Of a stretch of 64,000 nt of DNA, positions 1 to 13,251 are shown one piece after another. The notes beneath the pieces were generated by a model, which was given only the letters and a program-made list of their open reading frames with translations, ran no database searches and was not told where the DNA came from. Each line of letters begins with the position of its first letter. Position 1 is the first letter of the stretch. Both the position numbers and the translations under genes were made by a program. Origin of the DNA: Eledone cirrhosa (taxonomy: Eukaryota); the NCBI GenBank assembly GCA_964016885.1, contig OZ024751.1:49290001-49354000 (forward strand), written 5' to 3'.

Positions 1-520
1 CGAACTCGTCCAGAGTCCGAGCATTGCTGACTTGTGGGTTTATGTCGAACACCTGCTGTCACGTGTAGGACGGATCCGGCTATCAGCTGTGTCCATCGTG
101 AGGATTGCCCCGCCCTCTTCCTTTAGCCGGAAAGGGCAGGCAGTTTTTATCTGTCTGGTCGCCAATGGCGAAAGAGATAGTATGGTGGAAACGTTTGAAA
201 GGGCTGAAGACGAGCACTTACCTCTTCAGTGATACCCTGATTAACTTTTTCAAATTTCATTTGAAAAGGAAAATCAGAGTAGAGAGGGAAGTGCTCTCTT
301 CCCAGCATTTTGTTGAAAGATGGGTGAGTGAAGCAAGTATGGCCCGAATCAATGGGCCTACTCTGAGTATGTGTCTGTAAATTAAAGGTGGAAAACTGGG
401 AGAGGGAACTTGCCCTGGTAGTCAGGGTCACTGTGGTCTTTTAATGGGCTTTCTCCACAAATGTCCCTCGTAAAGTCTCTACACCTCTTGGGGAATTTTT
501 CATTGTTATTTTTTGTTACA
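1..520 (+). mobile_element. 3' end of an L1/Tx1-clade LINE (ORF2 C-terminus, frameshifted, plus 3' UTR)
   Basis: ORF pieces LWVYVEHLLSRVGRIRLS... and KEIVWWKRL...KIRVEREVL...ERWV...MARINGPTL* align with the ORF2 C-terminus of the element at 31.6-32.0 kb (LWGYVEQLLSRVGPIRLT; RIRMEREVL...ERWV...MARVNGPSL). Confidence 0.85.
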
Positions 521-521
521 T

Positions 522-775
522 CCTCTGTTTTTGTTTTTTACACGCAGAAATGCCCATTTGTACCGTCCTGTTTTGTCCTGTACTCTACTTAATGTCTACT
601 TTATGTAAACCCTTGTGGTAAATCAAGAAAGCATTTACTTCCTCTGTTTTTGTTTTTTTACACGCAGAAATGCCCATTTGTACCGTCCTGCATTGTCCTG
701 CACTGTCCTTAATGTCTACTTTATGTAAACCCTTGTGGTTAATAAAGAAATCATTATTATTATTATTATTATTAC

Positions 776-809
<34 letters not shown>

Positions 810-923
810 TTATTTCAACCTCTGTTTTTTTACACGCAGAAATGGCCATTTGTACCGTCCTGTATTGTCCTGTACTGTCCTTAATGTCTACTTTATGTGA
901 ACCCTTGTGGTTAATAAAGAAAA

Positions 924-978
<55 letters not shown>
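522..978 (+). repeat. Three tandem copies of a ~110-bp LINE 3'-terminal unit; copies 2 and 3 are followed by (ATT)n
   Basis: cctctgttttt...acacgcagaaatgcccatttgtaccgtcctg...ccttgtggttaataaagaaa starts near 522, 641 and 819. A related terminus (gccctagtggcaaataaaagaaa) ends the Tx1 element near 31326-31350. Confidence 0.85.
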
Positions 979-979
979 G

Positions 980-1268
980 TTCTTTGAGTCTCAGTCATTG
1001 ATGTTAGTTAACTGGAAAGTTTGTTGAAATGAATATCAACCCACTACCTGCAGCCTCAGATATTCAGGACGTATCGGAGGGTTCTTGCTGTTCCCAGCAA
1101 GCATGCCTTTTGAAGTGTTCCATAAAGTGGGGCGGGGCCAATTTTCTTTAACCATCCCTGGAAACTTTTTGAGATAGTACCTAGTGCGCCTATGACAATC
1201 GGGACCACTTTGACTTCATGGCAGTTCCAAATCCTTTTTACCTCCCACTTTAAGTCCTGGTATAGGTT
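980..1268 (-). mobile_element. 3' fragment of an R4/Dong-like (restriction-like endonuclease) LINE, family A
   Basis: Minus strand reads YQDLKWEVKRIWNCHEVKVVPIVIGALGTISKKFPGWLKKI...LQKACLLGTARTLRYVLNI*, the typical RLE C-terminus. Both sides are flanked by (TAA)n. Confidence 0.8.
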
Positions 1269-1269
1269 A

Positions 1270-1322
<53 letters not shown>

Positions 1323-1323
<1 letters not shown>

Positions 1324-2650
1324 AGTTGCATTTATCTTGCTTTATGTTCATACGAGTTATCACCAAGTCACAACCAGTGACCTCAAGAGACAACAAGGTC
1401 CGCCATGTTCAAGAAAGAACATACATACTCACACATGCATCTTTAGTGTTTAGACTTGTGATGTACTTATATTGACAGAATCTTCCTTAGTATATGGGCA
1501 GTTCCCATTAGTACTATCTTTTGTATTTCTCCTATACGCGGGTTTCCTGAGATTTGCGATAAGTAATCATTAGACCCCTTAGGTATCATTCCCAGAGCGC
1601 CTACAACCACTGGTATTGTTTTAGTTCTCAATTTCCACATTTTTCCAATTTCTATCTCCAGGTCCTTATACTTGCTCAATTTTTCAAATGTTTTTATAGA
1701 TACATTCTTGTCTATTGAAACAGACATATCAATTAACAGGCATACCCTCTTTTTAAAGTCCTTCAATATTATATCAGGTCTATTTGCATCTATTTTTCGG
1801 TCTGTTTGGATGCTAAAGTTCCACAAGATTGAGATGTGATATTTTTCAAGTATGGGAGGTGGTTTGATGGGGCAGGTCAAAATGCTTACACATTATCCAA
1901 TGTATGTATTGTGCAGCTCTGTCTTTCCTGTTTAGGTATTCGGTTGGAGCTATAGGACTGCACATTGAAATTATATGGTCAATGGTCTCTGGTTGTTTTT
2001 TGCATACACGGCATAATGGGCTGCATCCATTTTTTATTATATTGGCTTCGTAATTTTTTGCTGGCAGACACTGATCTTGTGCTGATATAATCAGTCCTTC
2101 AGTCTCCAATTTCAGTCCAGAGGATGCCAACCACTGATGGGTTAAAGTTTTGTCAACATCAGGATTGTTAGCTCGCTCTGGGTATTTTCCATACAGAGGC
2201 TTTTCTTGCCATTTCTTAGCCAGTTTCTGTAGCAGTTCTTTCTTTGCAGTTACTTTTACCTGCTTTGCTTTTTCTGTGTTTTCCATTTCAGGAGTAAATG
2301 GGACTTCTGAAATTTGTAGTCCAGTACTGTATCTTTGTGCATCTTTTGTAATGGAATATGATCTTTTGATGCTTTCGTGTTTCAAAACGAGTTTGATCAT
2401 CCAATCATGTGATTCCCTTAGATATGTAGATAATCCAATTGTTGCAGTTTTCAACGCAATGTCTAACTGGATTAACCCACGTCCTCCTTCTTTCCTAGGG
2501 AGATATATTCTATCTATATCTGCCTTAGGGTGATGCATTCTGTGCATGGTTAAGAATTTTCGAATTTTTGTATCGAGCCTACGGATCTCTGTGCTTGACC
2601 AGTTGATGACATTCTAACTATAGGTTACTACTGGTATGGCAAGCGTGTTT
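1323..2650 (-). mobile_element. 5'-truncated R4/Dong-like RLE non-LTR retrotransposon, family B
   Basis: ORFs 1846..2547 and 1467..1880 (one frameshift) contain RIYLPRKEGGRGL, the CCHC motif CRVCKKQPETIDHIISMC, the RLE motif RPDIILKD...IDMSV...EKLSKYKDL and IPVVVGALG. The element sits in (TAA)n. Confidence 0.9.
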
Positions 2651-2655
2651 ATGGC

Positions 2656-2699
<44 letters not shown>

Positions 2700-2700
<1 letters not shown>

Positions 2701-2835
2701 ATTTTATATTTTTATAACTTCATTGTTAAATTATTCTTGCTATTGTGCACTTTTACTCGACCTTATTGTAAACCCCCACTGTCTGTGTCTTTGTATTGTA
2801 CCCTACATCTCGGCCCTTGTGGCCAATAAATGAAA
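2700..2835 (+). mobile_element. Isolated Tx1-type LINE 3' tail fragment
   Basis: Ends ggcccttgtggccaataaatgaa followed by (att)n, like the units at 522-921. Confidence 0.55.
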
Positions 2836-3872
2836 TTATTATTATCATTACCATCATCACCATCATCATTATCATCATTCTACGTATTTCTGCTTATATT
2901 TTCATTTATCATTCTATTATTTTATTTTTTATTTTCATTTGTCTTCTGCTCCTTTCTATATTAATACATTTAATTCCACTTTTAAATCTTCGTCTGTTTT
3001 TTCCTATATTAAACGTTTCTTCGTCTATATCTTCTTATGCCATCGTCTCTCTCTCCCACACACACACACCCACCCACACGCCCTCACAGATATATACAGA
3101 CACATACACACACCTACTCACATATCTACACGTATACACACACCCACACTCTCTCACATATACACAACACTATTTCTCTCTCACTCTTTCATTTTTCTTG
3201 TTGATGTTGTTGTTCAGGCTTTTGCTTGTTTAGAATTCCAGGAAGCATATCTGTCTTTGAAAAAGCGGGTAGCCTTTTTAATTGTGACAAATACTCTTTT
3301 CACGAGTTTGACAGGTTTTCAGCGAATTTTCACTCTCTTCATCTTTATCTTCATCTCCTCCACTTTCTGAAGATATGAACGGTGATAATAATAGTAATAA
3401 CAATTACAACACAACACCACCACTCCGCCAACAACAACAACAATAACAACAATAACAACAACAACTACAGTAATGATAATATAACAACAACTACACCAAT
3501 GATAAACTAACAACGACAACAACAACGACAACAGCGTCAACAACGATAACAACAGCAATAGTAAAATAACAACAACAACAGCAGCAATGATAAAATAACA
3601 ACAACAGCAGCAGCAATGATAAAATAACAACAACAACAACAACAACAACAATAACAACAGCAATAATAAAATAACAACAACTACAGCAATGATAAAATGA
3701 CAACAACGACAACAACAACAACAGCAGTAATAAAACAACAACAACAACTACAGCAATTACAAAATAACAACCACAACAACAAAAGCAACAATAATAACAA
3801 CAACAGCAATGATAAAATAAGAAGCACAACAACAACGACAACAACAATAATAACTATGACGATGGTAATAAT

Positions 3873-4053
3873 AATTGTTTCTAGTTTAGGCACAAGGCCA
3901 GCAATTACTCAGTACATTACTGGTACTTTATTTTATCGACCCCGTAAGGATGAAAGGCAAAGTAAACTTGGCGGGATTTGAACTCAGACCGTAAAGGGAC
4001 GTAACTACGCTGCAAAGCATGGCGTCCGACCCTCTACCGATACTGCCAATCCA
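3873..4053 (-). mobile_element. tRNA-derived SINE, family 1
   Basis: Reverse complement of ggattggcagtatcggtagagggtcggacgcc...gagttcaaatcccgcc...gtcgataaaataaagtacc...tagaaacaatt, with A box TGGCAGTATCGG and B box GAGTTCAAATCC. More than 10 copies occur in the window. Confidence 0.9.
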
Positions 4054-4119
4054 ATAATAATAATAATAATTGTTTCTACATTTGGCACAGGCAATAATAA
4101 TAATAATGATAATAATAAT

Positions 4120-4389
4120 AAGTGGGAGGTAAAAAGGATTTGGAACTGCCATGAAGTCAGAGTCGTCCCGATTGTCAGAGGCTCACTAGGTACTATCTCA
4201 AAGAGTTTCCAAGGATGGTTAAAGAAAATTAGTCCAGCCCCGCTTTTTGGAACACTTCACAAGGCATGCTTGAGGGGAACAGCAAGAACCCTCCGATACG
4301 TCCTGAATATCTGAGGCTGCAGGTAACGGCTTGATATTCATTTCAACAAACTTTCCAGTTAAATAACATCAATGACTGAGACTCAAAGA
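4120..4389 (+). mobile_element. Second copy of the R4/Dong-like family A 3' fragment
   Basis: Close reverse complement of 980-1255, embedded in (TAA)n. Confidence 0.8.
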
Positions 4390-4445
4390 ATAATAATAAT
4401 AATAATAATAAAAATAAAAATATCAATAATAACAATAACAACAAC

Positions 4446-4482
<37 letters not shown>

Positions 4483-4779
4483 GTAATAATAATAATAATA
4501 AAGATCATCATCAATGGGAATATCAAGAGTAATGTTCGCTATCGGAATTATCATGTAAAAAAGGTATTTCCGGAGTCAAGCGTTCAATGTAGAATAACAT
4601 TAGCTCTACAGAAACTATTGAAGCAATCATTTAATATTCCAAACCATTTTCTTCTCTTCCTTCTTCCTTCTCCTCCTTTCTTTCATTCGTCTTCTTTTTC
4701 TTACCCTTCTTATATTCCTTACTTGTCTCTTTCTATTTCTTTCTTTCTTCTGCTTTTTCTTCAACTACGGTTACTACCG

Positions 4780-4845
<66 letters not shown>

Positions 4846-5590
4846 TATCTCTAACTACTACAACTATTACTACAGCTACTACTACTATTACTACAAATAC
4901 TACTACTACTACTACTACTACTACTACGACTACTACGACTACTACTACTACTACTACTACTCGCACCACCAGCACCAGCATGTTTTTTTTTATTTGTCTG
5001 TGTCTTTAGTTTTTTTTCTTTTTTATATGAAGCATTAATTTTCTTTACTAATGTTAGTGCTGTTGAGCTTATTTTTTCTTGTTGTTAGCTGTGGTGGTGA
5101 TGGTGGTTTTTAGTTACTGTTGCTGTTGCTGTTCTTGGTGGTGGTGGTGGTGGTGGTGGTGGTGGTGGTGGTGGTTTTGTGTTACTGTTGTTGTTGTTGG
5201 TGGTGGTGGTGGTTTAGTGTTACTGCTGCTGCTGATGCTGTTGTTGTTGTTGGTGGTGGTGGTGGTGGTAGTGGTGGTGGTGGTGGTAGTGTTGTGTTAC
5301 TGCTGCTGTTGCTGCTGTTGCTGTTGTTGTTGTTGGTGTTGTTGGTGGCGGTGGTAGTGGTGGGGGTGGTGGAGTTAATGCTAGTATTACCGTTAATGTT
5401 ATTTTCTTGATATATACTATATAGATAAGTGATGATGGGAAATGTGTTGGTGCTGGGATTTTCTTACTAATCAAAGCCGATTCATTAGACGTTCTTTGTA
5501 ACATTAATTCCCTTCGGAAAGATACGAAACCTACGCAGTCTTATTTTACATGAAGTACTTAGTTAATAAGAGAAGAAATTGGTAAAATAG

Positions 5591-6050
5591 TGGAGACGCC
5601 TGGACTAGTAGTAAGGATGTTGGACTTAAGATCATAATGTCGTGGGTTCGAATTTTGCATTGCGTTGTTTGTTGTATGATTGAGCAAAACGCTTCATTCC
5701 ATCTTGCTCCATTATATTTAGGGCAGTGGTTTGGCAATAGCGGTAAAGCGTCAGACACCATGCTTTGCAGCATAGTGATGGCCCTTTGCATTTGGAATTC
5801 AAATCCCGCCGCGGTTAACTTTGCCTTTCATCCTTACGAGGTCGATAAAATAAAGTAACAATGATGCACTGGGGTAATCGCCAGTATTGTGCCAAAAGTA
5901 GAAACTCTATTATATTTAACAGAAAATGAGTACTAGCAATAGCTGGGGGTTTAAAACTGTGATGGGCTGGCGTCCTGTCCAGTGGGAAGTCTTTTATTCT
6001 CAAACACTTCACGCCAGAAAAACCGATATAAACACCAAACTGATTAGCCT
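5591..6050 (+). mobile_element. tRNA/CORE-like SINE (family 2) interrupted by a family 1 SINE at 5721-5908
   Basis: Head gggttcgaat and core ttgagcaaaacgcttcatt..ttgctcc, resuming at gaaaatgagtactagcaatagctgg...ggcgtcctgtccag. The 10-bp TSD attatattta lies at 5711-5720 and 5909-5918. An uninterrupted copy is at 45685-45950. Confidence 0.85.
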
Positions 6051-6340
6051 ACACTTAACATTATTCCACCAAACACAAGACTTAGTTGTGTATAGAACTA
6101 CAACTACATTATCTCATGTGTGTTTGTTTTGTTTTTTGCAAGTGTAATTTAAGGGACATTTAGCTGTTTTTTCTAGTAGTTCTAGCTACCTCTTACAGGT
6201 CATTTTATTGGGGAGTTTGTTATTACGTTATATACTATTGTTATTGTTTATATTGACGCTGTTTATTCCGAGCTTGGTTGTCATGGTTAACTACTGTTGT
6301 CATAAGTGTTCCAGTTATGTTCATCCTATCATGTTTCCAG

Positions 6341-6997
6341 ACATAGTGTATGTGTAGCAACGATCTATATCTCTTGTAACAAGGCGATAATGTATGATCA
6401 TTTAAATTTGAACTAAGGGGAGTTCTCTCTACATACATATATTCCTGGTGATATCTCTTGCTTGATCTCAAACATAGTGTATGTGTAGCAACGATCTATA
6501 TCCCTTGTAACAAGGCAATAATGCATGATCATTTAAACTTGAACTACGGGGAGTTCTCTCTATTTACATATATTCCTGGTGATATCTCTGGCTTGATCTC
6601 AAACATAGTGTATGTGTAGCAACGATCTATATCCCTTGTAACAAGGCAATAATGCATGATCATTTAAACTTGAACTACGGGGAGTTCTCTCTATTTACAT
6701 ATATTCCTGGTGATATCTCTGGCTTGATCTCAAACATAGTGTATGTGTAGCAACGGTCTATATCCCTTGTAACAAGGCAATAATGCATGATCATTTAAAC
6801 TTGAACTACGGGGAGTTCTCTCTATTTACATATATTCCTGGTGATATCTCTTGCTTGATCTCAAACATAGTGTATGTGTAGCAACGATCTATATCCCTTG
6901 TAACAAGGTAATAATGCATGATCATTTAAACTTGAACTACGGGGAGTTCTCTCTATTTACATATATTCCTGGTGATATCTCTGGCTTGATCTCAAAC
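6341..6997. repeat. Tandem repeat, 131-bp unit x5
   Basis: acatagtgtatgtgtagcaacg starts at 6341, 6472, 6603, 6734 and 6865. Confidence 0.95.
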
Positions 6998-7849
6998 AAT
7001 GTTCTTGAAATATATCAAATGTTTGATGAAAATGCCAGATGTATTTAAAAGTGAAAATAAACTAAATATAAAATATATATTATTAGTTCACTTAAACTGA
7101 TAATATTCATAACCTCACATTATTAGGGCCTCATTAATTGATAATGCTCATAACCTCGAATCGTCGCTGACATTTTCGAAATATCACTTCAATTTACAGA
7201 TACATTATTTTCTAAACACGGTATATTGATTATTAACAATGATATCATTTAGCTACATTCTTAATGTTAAAATCGATATTGTTAAAACCATTAACAATAC
7301 GAATAACAGCGACAACAACAACAGTAAAAACAACAACTAATACTATTATTACAATTCATTTATTTCTAGTGAGATTATTCATGTTTGCAATTCCAATGCA
7401 ATGAATGCAGAGGCAAAATATTTAAGAACGTCTGCTACTCTTAAGATCCACGACAAAAGAACATTACGAAACTTAATATAAATCATTGCTCATTTATATC
7501 ATGTTTCCACACTCTACAACGCGTAGGAGGCGTGAAATATACGTGGTGTTTATCTATAATAGCTACATATTTTGAACATAATTATATGTCTGTATTAAAC
7601 GAAGTCACCTATGATGTGATATCTATGTATGTCAAGATGGCGACAGAGATTATATGAGATCCAAAAGAATAACGTGCATTCTGTCATTTTAACATATTAC
7701 AATTAACCAGCAATTATTCAAGCACACATGTTCATTTAATTATCTAGACATAGATAATCTACTACTGGATAAACATAGTGTTTGAAAGACGGCTTCCTAG
7801 AGAAGCTAAAGAACAAAACGGCAGAGCTGTGCCTCTACCTACAATATAA

Positions 7850-8150
7850 AATATCTTAGAAAATCCAATTAAAATACCCTGATGGATGTGATAAGGTTTC
7901 CAACGAGCTCGTGCTGGCCAAATATTTCTTCTCTGTGAAGGTATTTTTTCCCGATTCGCTAAGCTGTTGTTTATAACGATTGGTAGTTCTTACAATTATA
8001 TTCTACGATTCCGATGTCAACATTTTCAGGATTTCAAGTCGCCCAGTGCTTCGATAATTTCTAAAATATATATATTCCTCCCACTACTTTCTTCTTCCTA
8101 TTTATTGCCAATCTAACGCCCCGCATTTCTTCCTTGATTATCTCTCTATA
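7850..8150 (-). pseudogene. Highly degenerate RTE-like reverse transcriptase relic
   Basis: Minus-strand pieces EIIKEEMRG... and EIIEALGDL resemble the RTE region P.I.KEEV...E.IEALG. Many disruptions. Confidence 0.3.
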
Positions 8151-8560
8151 TATACGAGTATGTATCGATCACATTGTCGATAATCGAAATATATGTTATT
8201 AAAATAGAAAGCTGGTGATCGTCAAATGACACCTAGGAAAAAGCATTGTCATTGCTGGCTGAAGATATCTGCCGCTCGTAACTTCCAACAGCAGGTGTAA
8301 CGCACAATAAATTATTTTACCCCAGAATACATCAGACCAATACAGACAACCCTATATTCTGTGGACAAATGACCAATTATGTAATATTGAAATTCTCAAA
8401 AGTAAACATTTGAAATTATTTCAAGATTTATAAATGCTAATTATTTGTATATTAATATTAGCATGTTGCAAATCATCTGCTTGCAACGTATTTCATGATA
8501 ATATTCCATCTCTCAAATACAATTCTACAAATATTACTTGTGTTCATTATAGTATTACAC

Positions 8561-8836
8561 TTACGGGGTCGATAAAATAAAGTACCAGTAATCCACTGGG
8601 TAATTGCTGGCCTTGTGCCTAAAGTAGAAACAATTATAGTATTACACTGGAGGGCGGTGGATTGGCAGTATCGGTAGAGAGTCGGACGACATGCTTTCCA
8701 GCGTAGTTATGTCCCTTTACGGTCTGAGTTCAAATCCCGCCGAGGTTGACTTTGCCTTTCATCCTTACGGAGTCGATAAAATAAAGTACCAATAATGTAC
8801 TGGGTAATCGCTGGCCTTGTGCCAAAAGTAGTAACA
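8561..8836 (+). mobile_element. Two family 1 SINEs in tandem (truncated 8561-8632, full 8648-8836)
   Basis: The 15-bp target attatagtattacac is present three times: 8546-8560, 8633-8647 and 8837-8851. Confidence 0.9.
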
Positions 8837-9126
8837 ATTATAGTATTACACGTTTCTTTATCGGATAGAAAGGACTAACTAACTGTAATATATATATTAC
8901 TGTTAGTTATTCAGTAAGATGATAGGAGGGCGGACTGGTGAAATTCCTTCAAAGATTTATTAGAGCAAACACATTTTACTCAATAATAAACGACGTTCTC
9001 GCACCACCAACAAGATTCAACATCAAAGATGGATGAGTTGCATCACGTTTAGTGCTTTTCCTAATATCATGGCTGACTATACGGAACGACCAGTTCTATC
9101 CAGCGGTGAACCACCAAACTTAAATG

Positions 9127-9161
<35 letters not shown>

Positions 9162-9179
9162 ATGTGTGTATGTATGTGC

Positions 9180-9238
<59 letters not shown>

Positions 9239-9489
9239 CATATGTATACATATATGCCGTCCGTTGTTAAAGTTTCCTTCTCAAATGAAATATGGATAAT
9301 TATGTAATATTTATATTCAAAACGGCAAATCTTGTAAATTATATGAAGTATATAGTATTGCTATATATTTGTATCTCATTAGCTTATTGTTCCGGGCGTG
9401 AAGTCCAATAATAACTGGATTTATCAAATATGTTCAATTCAACATAATAATAACAATAATAATAACAATAATAATAACAATAATGATTT

Positions 9490-10030
9490 CTGATTTAGGC
9501 ACAATGCCAACAATTTTGGGTGAGGGAAAAGTCGATTAAATCGATCTCAGTGTGTTACTGATTCTTTATTTTGTCGACCCAGTAATGATGAAAGTCAAAG
9601 TTAACCTCGGCAGGATTTGAACTCAGAGCGTAAAGGGAACTAACTCTATGCTGACAAGCATGGCCTCCGACGTTCTACCGATTTCGCCATAATGATAATA
9701 ATTGTTGCCACTTTTGGCACAAAGCCAGCAATTACCCAGTACATTACTGGTACTTTATTTTATCGACCCCGTAAGGATGAAAGGCAAAGTTAACCTCGGC
9801 GGGATTTGAACTCAGACCATAAAGGGCCGTAACTCTTTGACGCAAAGTATGGCATCAGACCCTCTACCGATACTGGCAATCCACCAATGATAATAATAAG
9901 AAGATATATTGATTGGACGGAAGTGCAAAGTTTATTAAATCAACCCCAGAACTTTACAGAAAGGCAAAGTTGAGCTCAGTGGGATTTGAACTCCGAATGT
10001 GAAGAGACAGGTTATATTCTGCTTTGGCAT
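9490..10030 (-). mobile_element. Cluster of family 1 SINE copies (~9495-9689, 9700-9885, partial 9960-10030)
   Basis: ggatttgaactc (B box reverse complement) occurs three times, each with the family's aaggcaaagtt context. Confidence 0.85.
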
Positions 10031-11201
10031 TGTATCGGATTCTCTCCCTTCTTCTCACACAGAGATGTTAATCATTATACAATTTAAACTAATATATAAT
10101 CAAGAGATTGGCCTCTCACCTTCTTTCACCGAGAGGATGAGATAAACCTCTCCCTGTATAGGACACCTCTTTATTACAAACTAACTTATTGTTTTCGTTA
10201 ATCGACCTCACATCGGAACACACAAATACATGGAACTCAGGTATACACACAACGAGGGGAATGTGTGTAAATATGCTTGAGTAATATTGTGGTTGTGTAT
10301 GTGTATGCAAACTTTGCGTATGTATGTATGTAAATATGTGTGTATGGGCCATATATATATGTAGAGCACATTAAAGTTTTTGTATGTGTGTGACTGTGTG
10401 TATGCGTAGGTCTGTCGGTCTATAAGTGTACAATTGCGTATGTGTCTATGGATGTGTATGTGTGCTGACGTGTTTGCATGTACGAGTGTATCTGCTTCAG
10501 TGTATGAATGTGAGTATGAAAATGTATATAAGTTCATATGTCGGTGCTTTTGTGTCTGATTACAAGAGTATTTATATATGTATGTATGTGTATGGGTGTG
10601 TATGTATGCGTATGGATAAGCATGTATACATGTATATATGGTGCTGTGAGTGTGTGTAGATATATCTATGAATGCATGTGTATGACAGTAACTGTATGTT
10701 AAGGTGATAATGAAATATTGACGTACAAACTACGACAAAGCATTGTTGGCAAGGTTTTTATCGGGAGAGAGAAGGAGAAGAGGTAAATTAATTCAAGTGA
10801 GAGAGGGTGTCTGTATATGTATGTGTATGTGTGTCTGGGACTGTAGCACACACATACATATATGGATGGATAGAGAGATATTTCCAGTGTGTGATAGAGT
10901 CCTTTGGGGAATTGAACAAAGACTGAATGTAAGAGAAAGAGTGTGTGTGTGTGTGTTATAAATACATATAGAGAAAGAGAAGGAGAGAGATGTATATAGA
11001 GAGGGAGTGAGATATTGACTGAGATGGAAAGGTTCTAAATAAGAATATGGTTGTGGGAGAGAAAATAGACAATCAGTGAAAGTCCGTAAGAGTGACAGAG
11101 ATGGGGAGGGGTGAAAAGGATAAAGATTGGTATATAAGAGTAAGAGGAAAAAAGAGAAGGAGTGTAAGGGAGGTTGTATAGAGACAAAGAGAGAATGAGA
11201 T

Positions 11202-11235
<34 letters not shown>

Positions 11236-11689
11236 TGAGAGATAGAGAGAAAGAGAGCGAGTGAGAGAGAGAGAGGGGAGAAAGAGAGCGAGATAGAGAA
11301 AGAGAGAGAGTGAGACATAGAGAGAAAGAGAGCGAGAGAAAGAGAGAGAGCGAGAGATAGGAGAAAGAGAGCGAGAGATAGAGAGAAAAAGAGAAAGAAA
11401 TAGATAGAGAGAGTGAGAGAGAGAGAGAGAGGCATACGCACAAAGATGGTGTGTCTGTGAGTGGTAAGGATAGAGAGAGGAGTTTTAAGTTTTAATCAAC
11501 AAAGCGTACAGATCATTTCATTCAAATTACCAAGCAATGGAATGTAATATGAATTAAAATGGCCACATTAGCTCAGTCAGCTGTATCCGCTCGCTAAATG
11601 GATGCAGTACAAATGGAGGTAGTTTTCTTAAAGAAAGCCTCGATCTGACGTTATTGTTGGTTAAACTTCCACCATATTGATTCGATTAC

Positions 11690-11730
<41 letters not shown>

Positions 11731-11745
11731 CATATATATACATAC

Positions 11746-11893
<148 letters not shown>

Positions 11894-12103
11894 ATATATA
11901 TATGTATATGTGTACAAACGTGTAAATTTATGTTGGTTTTGTTAAAATCTACTGAAACTACTTGTAGTTTCAGTATATCTGCATGTGTGCTAATATATAT
12001 ATAGGTGTCTAACAACACATACGCACAACATTTGTATTCAGATACATATATATATATATCAACTCACACACACACTCACCCCCACCCCCACTCCCTCACA
12101 CGA

Positions 12104-12134
<31 letters not shown>

Positions 12135-12474
12135 GGGGTGGTATAGGAGGTATGTTGTGAGTTTTTATGAGTGGGTGTGTAAGTGAATGTTTTACAGTCG
12201 CCAAGAGCAAAAGGCGTAACGCAAAACATGTATGTGTGTATGTGTATATGTGTATATGTATATACATGACGTTCAGTATACGTGTGTGTACATTGAAAAT
12301 TCTGTTTCCATTTAAATGTACGTGTACTTGAATTTATTTGTTAACTCATTTGCATGCGTATGTTGACACGCATAAGGAGATACGCGTATAAACATATGAA
12401 TGCTTTCATATACAACATATCTACATATATGTATGGACGTATACTCACACACTCTCCCACACACACATACACAC

Positions 12475-12520
<46 letters not shown>

Positions 12521-12523
<3 letters not shown>

Positions 12524-12650
12524 AAAAGAGTCAGGACCCCAACGTCTGAGCTCTGGATGTTTCTACAGCTAGATCCGAACAAATAGTCCTATGTATTGAG
12601 TACTCTGTTGCGTTATGGTCCACATGGTATCTTACCACAGCCTCTTTGTT
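12521..12650. mobile_element. Degenerate Penelope pLTR-like foldback element in (TA)n
   Basis: Shares aggaaaag...gacccc and the tail gtattgagtactct...cttaccaca..cctttgtta with 19735-19925 and 51841-52052. Confidence 0.55.
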
Positions 12651-13010
12651 ACACACACACACATACACACACATATATATATATATATTTATCAAAACAA
12701 CAAACAGCGAAAGACGCGTTCCGGACTTGTCCGACAGACAACCTTTTCCCCCACCCCGGAAAAAAAACCCAGTTGATGGATGTGAATCCGAAATATATAG
12801 GGACTATTAAATCTCTCCCAAGGTAACTCTCTCTTGTGTTGTTATTTTTATTTTTATCCTTTATACTCTTCCTTTCATTCTACACATCTCACACATCTTA
12901 TACACACCACGCATCTCAACGTACACCCACTTACATCTCTCTCTCCACCACCGGACCTTGTTACCCGGAGATTTACCCATTTGCATTGTCGAGGCTTCCA
13001 AACGACTTAA

Positions 13011-13079
<69 letters not shown>

Positions 13080-13080
<1 letters not shown>

Positions 13081-13251
13081 CGCTATAACGATTACCATTA
13101 TAACTAATTTTTCAGTATAACGAATTTTTTTTCAATTTCCGGGCGGCCACCCGCTCGATGTGTTAGGTCGATCTCCTTATAAAGAATTTTTCATAGCAAC
13201 GTATTTTTGCTTTATACCGCGTGAATTTCCTTATAACGGGATTTCACTGTA
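13080..13251. mobile_element. pogo/Tigger-like MITE remnant
   Basis: Right end ttataacgggatttcactg|TA (a CAGT-type terminal repeat with TA target) and internal repeated tataacg motifs. Confidence 0.5.

Noticed and set aside
8648-8836. tRNA genes suggested by A/B boxes
   Set aside because: No cloverleaf; dispersed copies with shared tails and TSDs identify them as SINEs.
12766-12805. Hammerhead-like motif (ggat/atcc stem, GAAATATATA); similar weak motifs near 25790, 37870 and 41205
   Set aside because: Core nucleotides are mutated or stems are missing; at best decayed relics.
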